Below, piece after piece: positions 1 through 10,652 of a DNA stretch of 64,000 bases. How positions within the stretch are numbered: the first letter of the stretch is position 1; each line of letters begins with the position of its first letter. A model generated the notes under the pieces. It worked only from the letters and a program-made list of their open reading frames with translations. It was not told the origin of the DNA and did not search any database. The position numbers and the translations under genes are program-made. The stretch is from Carcharhinus amblyrhynchos (lineage: Eukaryota), in the NCBI GenBank assembly GCA_965287045.1, contig OZ336872.1, positions 31,124,001 through 31,188,000 on the forward strand, read 5' to 3'.

Positions 1-109
1 TGTTGAATTTCTTAAAGTTTCTACTCGAAGTAATTTGATGGTCAAGTACAAAAATAGATAGAAATAAATAACTTATAAGTCTAGTGAGATTGATATCTTA
101 GAGGCTTAC

Positions 110-217
110 AGTCACCGGGCCACCATTTTATTGAGGACGTTTTTGGTGTGTTGAGGATGAAATCCTGGCTGAAAGTGTCAAAGGTTGCCGTTGTCTCTAG
201 TCCACGAAGGTGTGTGC
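110..217 (-). CDS. ACOX2: ACOX2 coding exon 4 of those visible (gene continues beyond window start)
   Basis: Minus strand reads tttaag|GC ACA CAC CTT CGT GGA CTA GAG...TGG TGG CCC GGT GAC T|gtaagc, i.e. (G)[35 protein letters not shown], the acyl-CoA oxidase GLETTATFD...KWWPG motif. 108 nt, phase 1 to phase 1. Confidence 0.95.
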
Positions 218-860
218 CTTAAAATAAACAGCAGGTAAATGATGTGGAAAGTTTAAGAGATCACAGTCGGAAACAAAAAGTTGATTACCTTACTTTCATA
301 AAGTCTACTGGTTGATAACACTTAGACAAATTTCAGGTTCAGTTAATATGCTTGTCTCAGGTTCAGCAGCACTGCTAAGTTCAGTAAAGCTTGTTACAGC
401 ACTCAACAAAGGTGCAGATCGTACTAAATACCCTGAACTGAAAGCTATGTTTATCCAATTGAAATTGAATCCAACTACCTCAATTACAATGAATATCTAT
501 GAACCAGCTAGATATCAGCGACTGGTGCAGACTACTAATTAATGAATTTACAATTTGATTTCAATCTGTTTGTTAATCATCATTTTCAAAAAGGAGCCAA
601 TGTGAATGTAATTAATTGCTTGCATAATCAAGATCAGAATTCATAGTATGGAGTTCACAATAGAAACTGCTCCCTCTGCTTTGAACCATAGTATGCTGAA
701 GCCCAAAGTTTCACTTAGCAGCTGACTTTTTTACTAAAATTTTAACAGTGAAGTGCCCTGCAATTTGATTTTGTAAAATTATAAAGCTTAAATCAAGGGT
801 GCAATATAATTGTGTTGGTAAACAGTATTCAAGTGTAAGTATATCAAATTGTCCACTTGC

Positions 861-1015
861 CGTGGCCTAGCTCCGTTTGAGCATAAGTTCCAATAATCTG
901 GTAATCCTTAGCCAGTGGAATCCATTTTGCAATCTGTGCATCTGTTCCCAGTTCTGTGATTGTTGGTATAAAGACTCCATTGTGGACTCCAAAGGCCAAA
1001 TTTTCGGTTAGGGCC
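861..1015 (-). CDS. ACOX2: ACOX2 coding exon 3 (ends at a GC donor)
   Basis: ctttag|G GCC CTA ACC...GAG CTA GGC CAC G|gcaagt gives (R)ALTENLAFGVHNGVFIPTITELGTDAQIAKWIPLAKDYQIIGTYAQTELGH(G), containing the hallmark YAQTELGHG. 155 nt; phases fit both neighbours. Confidence 0.95.
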
Positions 1016-1029
1016 CTAAAGACAGACAG

Positions 1030-1290
1030 AATTTGAATTCAATAAAACAAAAAGAATTTGGAATTAAGAATCTACTGATGACTGTGAAACCATTGTCGAT
1101 TGATGGAAAACCCATCTGGTTCACTATTGTCCTCTAGAGAAGGAAATCTGCCGTCCTTACCCAGTCTGGCTTACGAGACCCCAGACCCACAGCAATGCAG
1201 TTGACTCTCAACTGCCCTCGAAGGGCAATTAGGGGTGGGCAATAAATGCTGGCCAGCCAGCGACGCCCATGTCCCACTAATGAGTAAAAG
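1030..1290 (+). mobile_element. 3' end fragment of an older CR1-type LINE
   Basis: Ends in GGGCAATTAGGG(G)TGGGCAATAAATGCTGGCC; the same terminus recurs near 40240, 44200, 53910 and 59770. Boundaries approximate. Confidence 0.6.
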
Positions 1291-1982
1291 AAACACCAGA
1301 CTCATGTGAAACTGTGTTTAAAGAAATTATCAAGTTGCCCATTACCTGATGTGTATGAACTGAAGAGATAAAATTGGATGTCTGAGTGTATATATTTACA
1401 AAGACTTGCTTTATGAATGACTTCAATAAGACCCGGATGCTAAACCAGCTCAATAACTTCCACCTGTTGACTCTAGCATCACGCTCTGCAGATAAGGGCT
1501 TGAGATACTGAGGGTCAGTATCTCAAGGGCCTAATACTGAGTGTCAAACAGCTTGATTCTTTTATGGTTGTCTTTCAGTAAATGGAGCGTTGCCATACAC
1601 CATTGGTTTAGTGTTCTTAAGAAGAATATGTTTACATTTTAAGCAACATTCTCACTTTGACTTTAAATTGAATGGCAACCATGCTTCAATGTGTTGATAA
1701 ATGTCTTGGAACTTGTAGACTCTACCATATGGTTTATTTCTGATATTAGCTATGATTCTATGCAGCAGCGTCTGACTGGAATTTTTCCACAGCAAGATAT
1801 GAATATTTGGGTCCAAATACCTCTTGTATTTCCCGTGGGCCTGTTTCAAATGCATAGCTTGTGCAGGCCTGAGACTAGATTTCTTACTGTGGCTGATGCA
1901 CTTGGGGAAGGAGAAAAATACAATTTCTGTAAAAGGGCTCTTACAAAAGAACACATTGGCATTTTTTGCTTAAAAGCAATAC

Positions 1983-2145
1983 CTCAAAGCAAACTGCATC
2001 TCTAGCCCATCATCAGTCCAGCCCAATTTCTTCATCTTCTGCCGCAGATGCACAGCTTTTTTTACAGCTGCTTCATATTGTTCAGTTGGAGTCAAGAAAT
2101 ATATATTTTCTTTGTTGAAAACAGCATCACAACTGATAAGATGTT
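1983..2145 (-). CDS. ACOX2: ACOX2 coding exon 2
   Basis: ttttgtcag|AA CAT CTT ATC...TTT GCT TTG AG|gtattg gives (E)HLISCDAVFNKENIYFLTPTEQYEAAVKKAVHLRQKMKKLGWTDDGLEMQFAL(R), alignable to the ACOX N-terminal domain. 163 nt. Confidence 0.93.
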
Positions 2146-2979
2146 CTGACAAAACAAAGAAAAATATTGTAAGTTATAATATTTCAATTTTTAATTCACA
2201 TATCAATTCCTGTAAAGTTAAAACAGATACTGAATTACTCATTATACATAAAGCCCCAAAATTATGGAATATATTTTATATAATTTATTGCACCCTCCTC
2301 CCTTTCTTCCCTAGCCTCCACTGCTCCAGTAGCTGCTTAGCTCAAGCCATCCCTGTACTCCAAGAATTGAAACCTCATACTTTGCCGAACTTCAAACAAA
2401 AATTGAAAACAAGTTATTTTTTCTCATCTATAATAACATTCCATACTTAAATATGCAAAAAAAAGTGTAATATAGTTTCCAACCAGGAGATGAAGTATTC
2501 TGATTAAACTTGACTAATCTTGCAGCCTTCACTTCTCAAACAAAATTAAAGCTTCATTAACCGATGCGTCTGCACCTTCAGGTAAATTCAGCCTGGGCAT
2601 ACTGGTCATTTGAGCAGGAGCAGGAAAGCATTCAATATTGTACATAAACAGTCCAATAGGTAGATGCCGCTAAAAACAACTGGAGGATGTTCTGATTAGC
2701 AACTGTACTTTTAACAGAGGACCAGAATAAATGCAGAAGTATATGCCATTTACTAAAATCTGTTCTAAAGGACAAGTTGTTTATTTGAAACAAAACAGAG
2801 AATGCTGGAAAAGCCCAGCAAATCTGGCACCATCTGTCCTGCTGACCTTTTCTAGCATTCTCCAGTTTGTTTCAGATTCCAGCATCCACAGCATTTTGCT
2901 TACTTTTGTTTATTAAGTTGTTTATTTAGCTTATATGTTGGTAGTTATCAACTGCTAGAAAGATTTAACATGCTGTCCT

Positions 2980-3280
2980 GGTGGCAAGGTGGTTAACACT
3001 ACTGCCTCACACACCAGGAACCCGGGTTCAATTCCAGCTTTGGGTCACTGTCTATGTGGAGTTTGCATATTCTCCCTGTGTTTGCATGGGTTTCTTCTGG
3101 GTGCTCCAGTTTTCTCCCACAGTCCAAAGTTTGCAGGTTAGGTTGGTTGGCTATGCTAACTTGCCCCTTAATGTCAGGGGTACTAAACAGAGTAAACGCA
3201 TAGGGATAGGGCCTGGCAGGGGCTATGGGCTGTGTAGACTCAACAGGCCAAATGGCCTCCTTCTGCAGGATGAAATACAA
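2980..3280 (+). mobile_element. tRNA-derived V-SINE (HE1-like), CR1-type tail
   Basis: Head GGTGGCAAGGTGGTTAACACT...GGGTTCAATTCC (A/B boxes), core GTGGAGTTTGCA...GGTTTC...CTCCCACAGTCCAAAG, tail ...AATGGCCTCCTTCTGCA. Confidence 0.85.
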
Positions 3281-3433
3281 TAGTAACTCTACTATCTGTT
3301 CCCTGGCTTCTTTTAGTTTGTCTGGATATAATCCAGCCAGACCCTGGGCTTTAGGTTTTTTTTAATATACCAATTATATTCCCCTTTCTATTTTAAATGT
3401 CCTTGTATCTTTTATGATTTCTTCTCTTAAAGT

Positions 3434-3885
3434 CACATCTTGGTATGACTCCTGCTCCGCCCAAGAGCACAAGGAACTACAAAAGGTTGTGAATGTAGCA
3501 CAATCCATCATGCAAACCAGCCTCCTGTCCACCGACTCTGTCTACTCTTCCCGCGGCCTCGGCAAAGCAGCCAGAATAATTAAGGACCCCACATATCCCG
3601 ACAGTCTCTCTTCCACCTTCTTCCTTCGGTAAGAAGATATAAAAGTCTGAGGTCATGAACCAACCAACTCAAAAACAGCTTCTTTCCTGCTGCTGTCAGA
3701 CTTTTGAATGGACTTAGCTCGCATTAAGTTGATCTTTCTCTACACTCTAGCTATGACTATAACACTACATTCTGCACTGTCTCATTTCCTTCTCTATGAA
3801 TGGTATGTTTTGTCTGTATAACATACAAGAAACAATACTTTTCACTGTATGTTAATACACGTGACAATAATAAATCAAATCAAAA
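3434..3885 (+). mobile_element. Rex/Babar-like (L2-group) LINE 3' fragment
   Basis: Translates as TSWYDSCSAQEHKELQKVVNVAQSI...KAARIIKDPTYP; 3' end GTGACAATAATAAATCAAATCAAA. Same family as 11970, 15826 and 62212. Confidence 0.75.
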
Positions 3886-3939
3886 ATGTCTACCTTGTTA
3901 GTCTCCCTGATAAAAATAGAGGAAAGGTAATGATCTAAT

Positions 3940-4190
3940 ACCTCATGGTGCCCAGGGACCTGGTTTCAATTCTGGACTTGGGTGGCTGGCTGGCTGTGTA
4001 GAATTTGCACATTCTCCCCATGTCTGTGTGGGTTTCCTCCCACAGTCCAAAGATGTGTAGGTTTGGTGGATTAGCCATAGTAAACGTGCGGGGTTATGGG
4101 GATGCTACAGAGGGGAGGGCCTGAGTGGGATGTTCTTTTACAGTTGGTGCAAGCTCGCTGGGCCTCTTTCTGCATTGTAGGGATTCAACA
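3940..4190 (+). mobile_element. V-SINE (HE1-like), degraded
   Basis: CCAGGGACCTGGTTTCAATTC...TTTGCACATTCTCCCC...CCCACAGTCCAAAGATGTG...TGTAGGGATTC. Confidence 0.8.
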
Positions 4191-5302
4191 GTTCTAATAC
4201 TTTTGCCATTTTGCCCCCGTTACTGGTGAGTTTATTTTGTACATCATTTAGTGGCCCATCCCTATCCTGCTTTACCGTCTGCTATTTATGCACCTATTTC
4301 TTTTCATAGTACTTCATAACATAATTTTGACGTTTCCCTGTCTTCCTATTTGTTCATTTTACTTACTTCCTAACTTCTTCGTATTCCCTTTGCCATTTCC
4401 TCCTTTATTGTCCATGTTTTCAGTATATGCCTTCTTTAGATTCAATTCTGTCCCTACCATTTTATTCATCCATGGTGTTTCCTTATTGGTTAGTTTGCTC
4501 TTTGGCTTTTTAGTGGAATGTATTTCTCCTAAAATTTGTTGATCATTTTAAATAAAAATAGTTCCCATGGGTTGTTTTTAAATCTTTTTCCCATTTCTTG
4601 GCTCTAGTTTTGTTCTTGTCCCCTCAAAATCTGCTTTTTTCCCCTAATAGACTATATTTTTTGCCTTACTTATGTTTTCCCAACTTTTATCTCCAACTTG
4701 CATTGCAAATTAAAATTTTGTATGTTCTGCTAAGCTTCAATCCACTATTTGTTCTGATTCATTTCCCATTATTGGTTCAACCAGCTGAACAGAAGGATAG
4801 TTGGTCATCAGGGGAAAAAATGATCACAGGGTGTGGGCAGGAAAGTGGAGCTGACTGAGATCAGCCATGGTTGTACTGACTAACAGAGCACATGGTTCAC
4901 TCCTGTTTAAATTTCATGTGATCATTTGATTCCTTTCTTATATTCCTTATATACTGGCTATGAAAGGTGTCCCGAATACATTCTAAAAACTCTTATCCTT
5001 CTTCATGCCAGTTGTTTGGGGGTAGTTAAGATAGCTTACAGAGTTTTCCTCAACTTCTCTTAATAGATAGTCTGTAGAATAACCTTATTAACATCATTTT
5101 ACCCAGATTGGAATCCCTACCACTTGGAGACATGGAAGTGCACTCAGCAGTTGAGGAGGAATCGCTTGCTTATTATGCACATGTTTCAGTCTGCAAATGT
5201 TCATAACTTCATACAGTGAAACACAATTAACATAGAGTTAAGGTGAGTTAATGGTGTGATTACCAAAGGGACAGCAAAGCTTTGGACGACTCAGGCTTAC
5301 AT

Positions 5303-6631
5303 ACATAAGAAATAGGAGCAGGAGTAGGTCATCTAGCCCTTCGAGCCTGCCCCGCCATTCAATAAGATCATGGCTGATCTGTCGTGGCTCAGTTCCACAT
5401 TCCCGCCCTCTCCCCATAACCCTTAATCCCCTCGCTTATCAAAAACCCATCAACCCGCGTCTTAAAAATATTTAGCGAGGTAGCCTCCACCACTTCAACG
5501 GGCAGAGAATTCCAGAGATTCACCACCTTTTGAGTGAAGAAGTTCTTCCTCAACTCGGTTCTAAACCGCCCCCCCCTTTATCTTGAGGCTGTGCCCCCTA
5601 GTCCTACTGTCCTTTCTGAGCGGGAAGAGTCTCTCCACCTCTATCCTATCCATCCCATTGATCATCTTATACGTCTCAATGAGATCTCCCCTCATTCTTC
5701 TAAACTCTAACGAGTACAAGCCTAGTTTATTCAGCCTCTCCTCATAGCTCAACCCCCTCAACTCCGGCATCAGCCTAGTAAACCTCCTCTGCACTCCCTC
5801 CAAGGCCAAAATATCCTTGCGTAAGTACGGCGCCCAAAACTGCACACAGTACTCCAGCTGCGGCCTCACCAATGCCCTATATAGCCGCAGCAAGACCTCC
5901 CTACTTTTATATTCAATCCCCCTCGCTATGAAGGCCAGCATCCCATTCGCCTTCCTGACCACCTGCTGCACCTGCAAGCTGGGTTTTTGCGTCTCATGCA
6001 CAAGGACCCCGAGGTCCCTCTGCACCGTCGCCTGCTGCAGTTTTTCGCCACGTAAGTAATAATCCTTCCTACCAATGTGGACCACCTCGCACTTGCCAAC
6101 ATTAAATTCCATTCGCCAGTTCCTGGCCCATTCGCCCAGCCTATCTAGATCCTTCTGCTGACTCTCCACACCCTCCGCACAATTTGCCGTTCCACCAATC
6201 TTGGTGTCATCAGCAAATTTCGACACCATACACTCGGTTCCCTCCTCCAGATCATCTATATAAATGGTAAATAGCTGAGGCCCCAGCACCGACCCCTGGG
6301 GCACTCCACTAGTCACCAACCGCCAATCCGAATAGCACCCATTGACCCCCACTCTCTGCCTCCTATTTGACAACCAGTCCTCTATCCACACTAACACCCT
6401 ACCTCCAACTCCATGTCCCCTGACCTTCTGCAATAACCTCTTGTCAAACGCCTTCTGAAAATCAAGAAAGACCACATCCACCGGCTCTCCTCTATCCACC
6501 GCCCTAGACACATCCTCATAGAACTCCAGTAAATTTGTCAGACACGACTTCCCCTTAACGAAACTGTGCTGCGTCTGCTCTATCAAACAATTCTCCTCAA
6601 GATGCCTCGCTATTTCCTCCTTGATGACGGA
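5303..6631 (-). mobile_element. Young CR1 LINE, 5'-truncated (RT and 3'UTR)
   Basis: ORF 5561-6586 has RT motifs [19 protein letters not shown] and KFADDTK. The 3'UTR ends ...CTACTCCTGCTCCTATTTCTTATGT. Near-identical reverse complement of 8015-9358. Confidence 0.97.
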
Positions 6632-6879
6632 CAGAAGACTATGGAAGGCTGGTCATACAGCTTAGGTCTTGTTTGTCTTTCTTGAGGAAACCTTGAGTCG
6701 ATTTAATTTGAATTTGGTTTTTGGAGCAAGCAAAGGATGGATTTGGGTTTACCTGCTCCACTCTGAGCATTGCCTTTGTAATTTTAAGGATGGAGTAAAA
6801 AATATTTTTAAAAACTGGAATAATCAAGTTGGGAATTGGTAAAGGTATCGATGAGTGATTTAGTAAGGTTGGTGGATGT

Positions 6880-7086
6880 TATGGAGATTGGAATACGCTA
6901 GTGGTTCTCAAACTTTAATCATACGGGTCATAGTTTGAGGATAAGTGGTAAACCTTTTAGAACTGAGGCGAGGAGAAATTTTTTCACCCAGAGGATGGTG
7001 AATGTGTGGAATTCACTACTGCAGAATGTAATTGAGACCAAAATGTTGAGTGATTCCAAGAAGAAATTAGACATAGCTCTTGGGGC
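6880..7086 (+). mobile_element. Old CR1 3' region, left half (continues at 9430-9567 after the LTR insertion)
   Basis: GGTCATAGTTTGAGGATAAG...AGGAGAAATTTTTTCACCCAGAG...GACATAGCTCTTGGGGC resumes as GGGCTAAAGGAATCAGG...GAATGGCCTACTCCTGCT at 9430. Confidence 0.8.
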
Positions 7087-9429
7087 TGAGATGTTAAGGA
7101 GTTAACATCCCATGAATCTATGACCTTGGCCATTTGTAAAAAGGTTTTGCAAGCTGAGATCCTGCAAAATTGCAAATGCAGCTGGTTGCTTTAAGATAAA
7201 GTGAAAAGTCTCCATTAGCTTAAAGCTGTGATTAACTGTATTTTGTTTAAAATGACCTGTGCTGATATCAGTGCATATTCCCTTATTCTGAACTGTCACC
7301 CTGGCCTTGTAAATAACAAAACTTTTGCTTTATTAAATCAGTCTAGACTGGATTTGGCTAAATGCTGTCCTTGTTTGAAGGGGATAACATTCATTTTATG
7401 GGCAAAATAACGTCCCAAGATATATATGAAAACGGTTGCTATCTCGCAGTGGAGAAATGGTGGATGTGCAGTTGCGACGGCAACCGGTGGGGGGGATCCG
7501 ACATATTTTTACTCCATACCGTATCTGTACTTACTTTTGCTGTTGCTAAGCACGTGATCTGGGAAAAGTTATACTGTGTGTACATGACTAATTGCTGTAA
7601 AAAGAGTATAAAGGGGGAGAATCCCCCAGTTCGAGGGAGCATCGCTCGGCTAAGCTCAGGATTCTGTGCTGACTTAGTAAAACGATCCTCAGAGAGCTTG
7701 TATTTGCTTGAGAATAAGGACTGGGTTTCCTTATACAGATCGTTACTAGAGAGGCAGTGCTCGACAGACCGGAGGGACTGATTGTGGACAAGTCCCCAGG
7801 ACCGGATGGAATGCATCCAAGGGTTCTGAAGGAAATGGCGGAGGTGATAGTGGATGCCTTGGTGATTATTTTCCAAACGTCGCTGGATTCCGGGGAAGTG
7901 CCGGAAGATTGGAAAATGACTAATGTTACGCAGTTGTTTAAGAAGGGTGGCAGGCAAAAGGCGGGGAATTATAGGCCGGTTAGTTTAACGTCTGCTGTAG
8001 GAAAAATGTTAGAATCCGTGATCAAGGAGAAAATAGCAAGGCATCTTGAGGAGAATTGTTTGGTAGAGCAGACGCAGCATGGTTTCGTTAAGGGGAAGTC
8101 GTGTCTGACAAACTTATTGGAGTTCTATGAGGATGTGTCTAGGGCGGTGGATAGAGGAGACCCGCTGGATGTGGTCTTTCTTGATCTTCAGAAGGCGTTT
8201 GACAAGGTGCCTCACAAGAGGTTATTGCAGAAGGTCAGGGGGCATGGAGTTGGGGGTAGGGTGTTAGCGTGGATAGAGGATTGGCTGTCAAATAGGAGGC
8301 AGAGAGTGGGGGTCAATGGGTGCTATTCAGATTGGCGGTTGGTGACTAGTGGAGTGCCCCAGGGGTCAGTGCTGGGGCCTCAGCTATTTACCATTTATAT
8401 AGATGATCTGGAGGAGGGAACCGAGTGTATGATGTCAAAATTTGCTGATGACACCAAGATTGGTGGAACGGCAAATTGTGCGGAGGGTGTGGAGAGTCTG
8501 CAGAAGGATCTAGATAGGCTGGGCGAATGGGCCAGGAACTGGCGAATGGAATTTAATGTTGGCAAATGTGAGGTTGTCCACTTTGGTAGGAATAATGGTA
8601 TTACTTACGTGGCGAAAAACTGCAGCATGCGACGGTGCAGAGGGACCTCGGGGTCCTTGTGCATGAGTCGCAAAAACCCAGCCTGCAGGTGCAGCAGGTG
8701 GTCAGGAAGGCTAATGGGATGCTGGCCTTCATAGTGAGGGGGATTGAATATAAAAGTAGGGAGGTCTTGCTGCAGCTGTATAGGGCACTGGTGAGGCCGC
8801 AGCTGGAGTACGGTGTGCAGTTTTGGTCGCCGCACTTACGCAAGGATATTTTGGCCTTGGAGGGAGTGCAGAGGAGGTTTACTAGGCTGATGCCAGAGTT
8901 GAGGAGGTTGAACTACGAGGAGAGGCTGAATAAACTAGGCTTGTACTCGTTAGAGTTTAGAAGAATGAGGGGAGATCTCATTGAGACGTATAAGACGTTG
9001 AATGGGATGGATAGGATAGAGGTGGAGAGGCTCTTCCCGCTCAGAAAGGACAGTAGGACTAGAGGGCACAGCTTCAGGATAAAGGGGGGGGGCGGTTTAG
9101 AACGGAGTTGAGGAGGAACTTCTTCACGCAAAGGGTGGTGAATCTCTGGAATTCTCTGCCCGTTGAAGTGGTGGAGGCTGCCTCGCTCAATATTTTTAAG
9201 ACGCGGGTTGATAGGTTTTTGATAGGCAAGGGGATTAAGGGTTATGGGGAGAGGGCGGGAATGTGGAACTGAGCCACGACAGATCAGCCATGATCTTATT
9301 GAATGGCGGGGCAGGCTCGAGGGGCTAGATGGCCTACTCCTGCTCCTATTTCTTATGTTCTTATTTCTTATGATCGGTGTCTTGGTCTTGCATCAAGTAC
9401 ATAAGGGTCTCTGAAAAATGAACCTGACA
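7087..9429 (+). mobile_element. Solo LTR (~0.7 kb net) carrying a young CR1 insertion
   Basis: Starts TG(AGATG) at 7087 and ends (CCTGA)CA at 9429. Flanked by a 4-bp duplication GGGC (7083-7086 and 9430-9433). Internal TATA-like GTATAAAG (~7606) and poly(A)-signal-like GAATAAG (~7712). Confidence 0.75.
7735..9371 (+). mobile_element. Young CR1 LINE, 5'-truncated, frameshifted RT
   Basis: ORFs 7757-8734 and 8635-9111 give KSPGPDG...NYRPVSLTS...QKAFDKVPH...PQGSVLGP...FADD and continue past a frameshift near 8600. Tail TTCTTATGTTCTTATTTCTTATG. Confidence 0.97.
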
Positions 9430-10173
9430 GGGCTAAAGGAATCAGGAACATGGCAGAAAGAGGGGATCAGGATATTGAATTTGATGATCAGCCATGTTAA
9501 AGATGAATGATGGAGCAGGCTCAAAGGGCTGAATGGCCTACTCCTGCTATTCTTAGTTTCTATGTTTAATTGAAGGAACTCTTTTCAAATGGATTGATAA
9601 TAATACACTGCCTTCCCAATCTAAGTTATACTATATAGTAGTCATCATACGAAGGCGCTGCATATAGTTTCACAAATATCAGCAAGATACAACTGCCTGC
9701 TTTCCATTTCAAAACCTGACAGGAGCCTGGAGAGAACAAAGCACAGAGAAAGCAAGGAAACAAGAGCACAAGCTGTGCAGGTCACACCTGCAGCTGTCAT
9801 TCACTCCCTTACTGTTAACCACGGCACCTGGATTATCCATGGGCCCCAGTTTGGGAAGCAGTAAAATCGACGGTCTTACCGACAGAGTGTGGAGTTAGAA
9901 GCTCATGTTGCGGTTAAATAGGGTGTAACGGTTAGGAGAAATTTTTTAGATTGCACACAGCTTCCAGGGAGTGGTGACGAGGGAACAGGAGTGAAGGGAG
10001 ACAGGACAACTGTGCCAGTCTTCCCAATATTTAGTTAAAGGGAGTTTTTGCCAGATTGGATTTGGGACAAGCCGGCAAATTAAAGGCAAATGACTTTAAC
10101 TGAAAAATTCAGGTCTGTTCAGCGTTTACTCTGATTCAGTGTTTCGGATTAAGTCTTATAATTGCGAAATTGG

Positions 10174-10465
10174 CACACTCTGGCCACGCAGCCCCCGGTC
10201 TGACCGGACACACACACTCTGGCCACGCAGCCCCCGGTCTGACCGGACACACACTCTCTGGCCACGCAGCCCCCGGTCTGACCGGACACACACTCTCTGG
10301 CCACGCAGCCCCCGGTCTGACCGGACACACACACTCTGGCCACGCAGCCCCCGGTCTGACCGGACACACACACTCTGGCCACGCAGCCCCCGGTCTGACC
10401 GGACACACACTCTCTGGCCACGCAGCCCCCGGTCTGACCGGACACACACTCTCTGGCCACGCAGC
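10174..10465. repeat. 39-bp GC-rich minisatellite, ~7.5 copies, in ACOX2 intron 1
   Basis: TGGCCACGCAGC recurs at 10181, 10220, 10259, 10298, 10337, 10376, 10415 and 10454 (period 39). Unit TGGCCACGCAGCCCCCGGTCTGACCGGACACACAC(A/T)CTC. Confidence 0.97.
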
Positions 10466-10504
10466 TCTCGGTTCGACCGCGGACGCTCCCTGACCGGGAC
10501 TCAC

Positions 10505-10652
10505 CGACGGCCCTCCGGGTGCGGGTGCGAGCCGCTCCGCCGTCCAGCAGGTTGATCAGTTTCTCGATCGGGAAAGTGGGAGCCTCCCGCTCGCTGGCGA
10601 TGTCGGGGTTAACAGGTGGGCGCGAGCCCCTGTTCGAAACTAACGGCTCCAT
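10505..10652 (-). CDS. ACOX2: ACOX2 first coding exon
   Basis: ATG at 10652: MEPLVSNRGSRPPVNPDIASEREAPTFPIEKLINLLDGGAARTRTRRAV, then G|gtgagt (donor at 10504). The NPDI.SER...LDGG motif is typical of ACOX. The N-terminal extension before NPD and adjacency to FAM107A favour ACOX2 over ACOX1. Confidence 0.9.

Noticed and set aside
294-548. Weak fold-back symmetry with many TTCAG/CTGAA words in ACOX2 intron 3
   Set aside because: Possibly an ancient MITE, but the arms are too degenerate to define termini or a TSD by eye.
1652-2005. 100-104 aa ORFs beside ACOX2 exon 2, considered as an ACOX1-style duplicated alternative exon 3
   Set aside because: No similarity to the exon-3 peptide and no YAQTE motif; only one exon 3 (861-1015) is seen.
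5817-9131. Antisense ORFs over CR1 copies (e.g. 5817-6059, 7439-7957, 8601-8843, 8913-9131)
   Set aside because: Shadow frames of LINE RT sequence with no independent support.
10174-10465. CRISPR-like regular repeats
   Set aside because: Units are head-to-tail with no unique spacers, there are no cas genes, and the context is eukaryotic.
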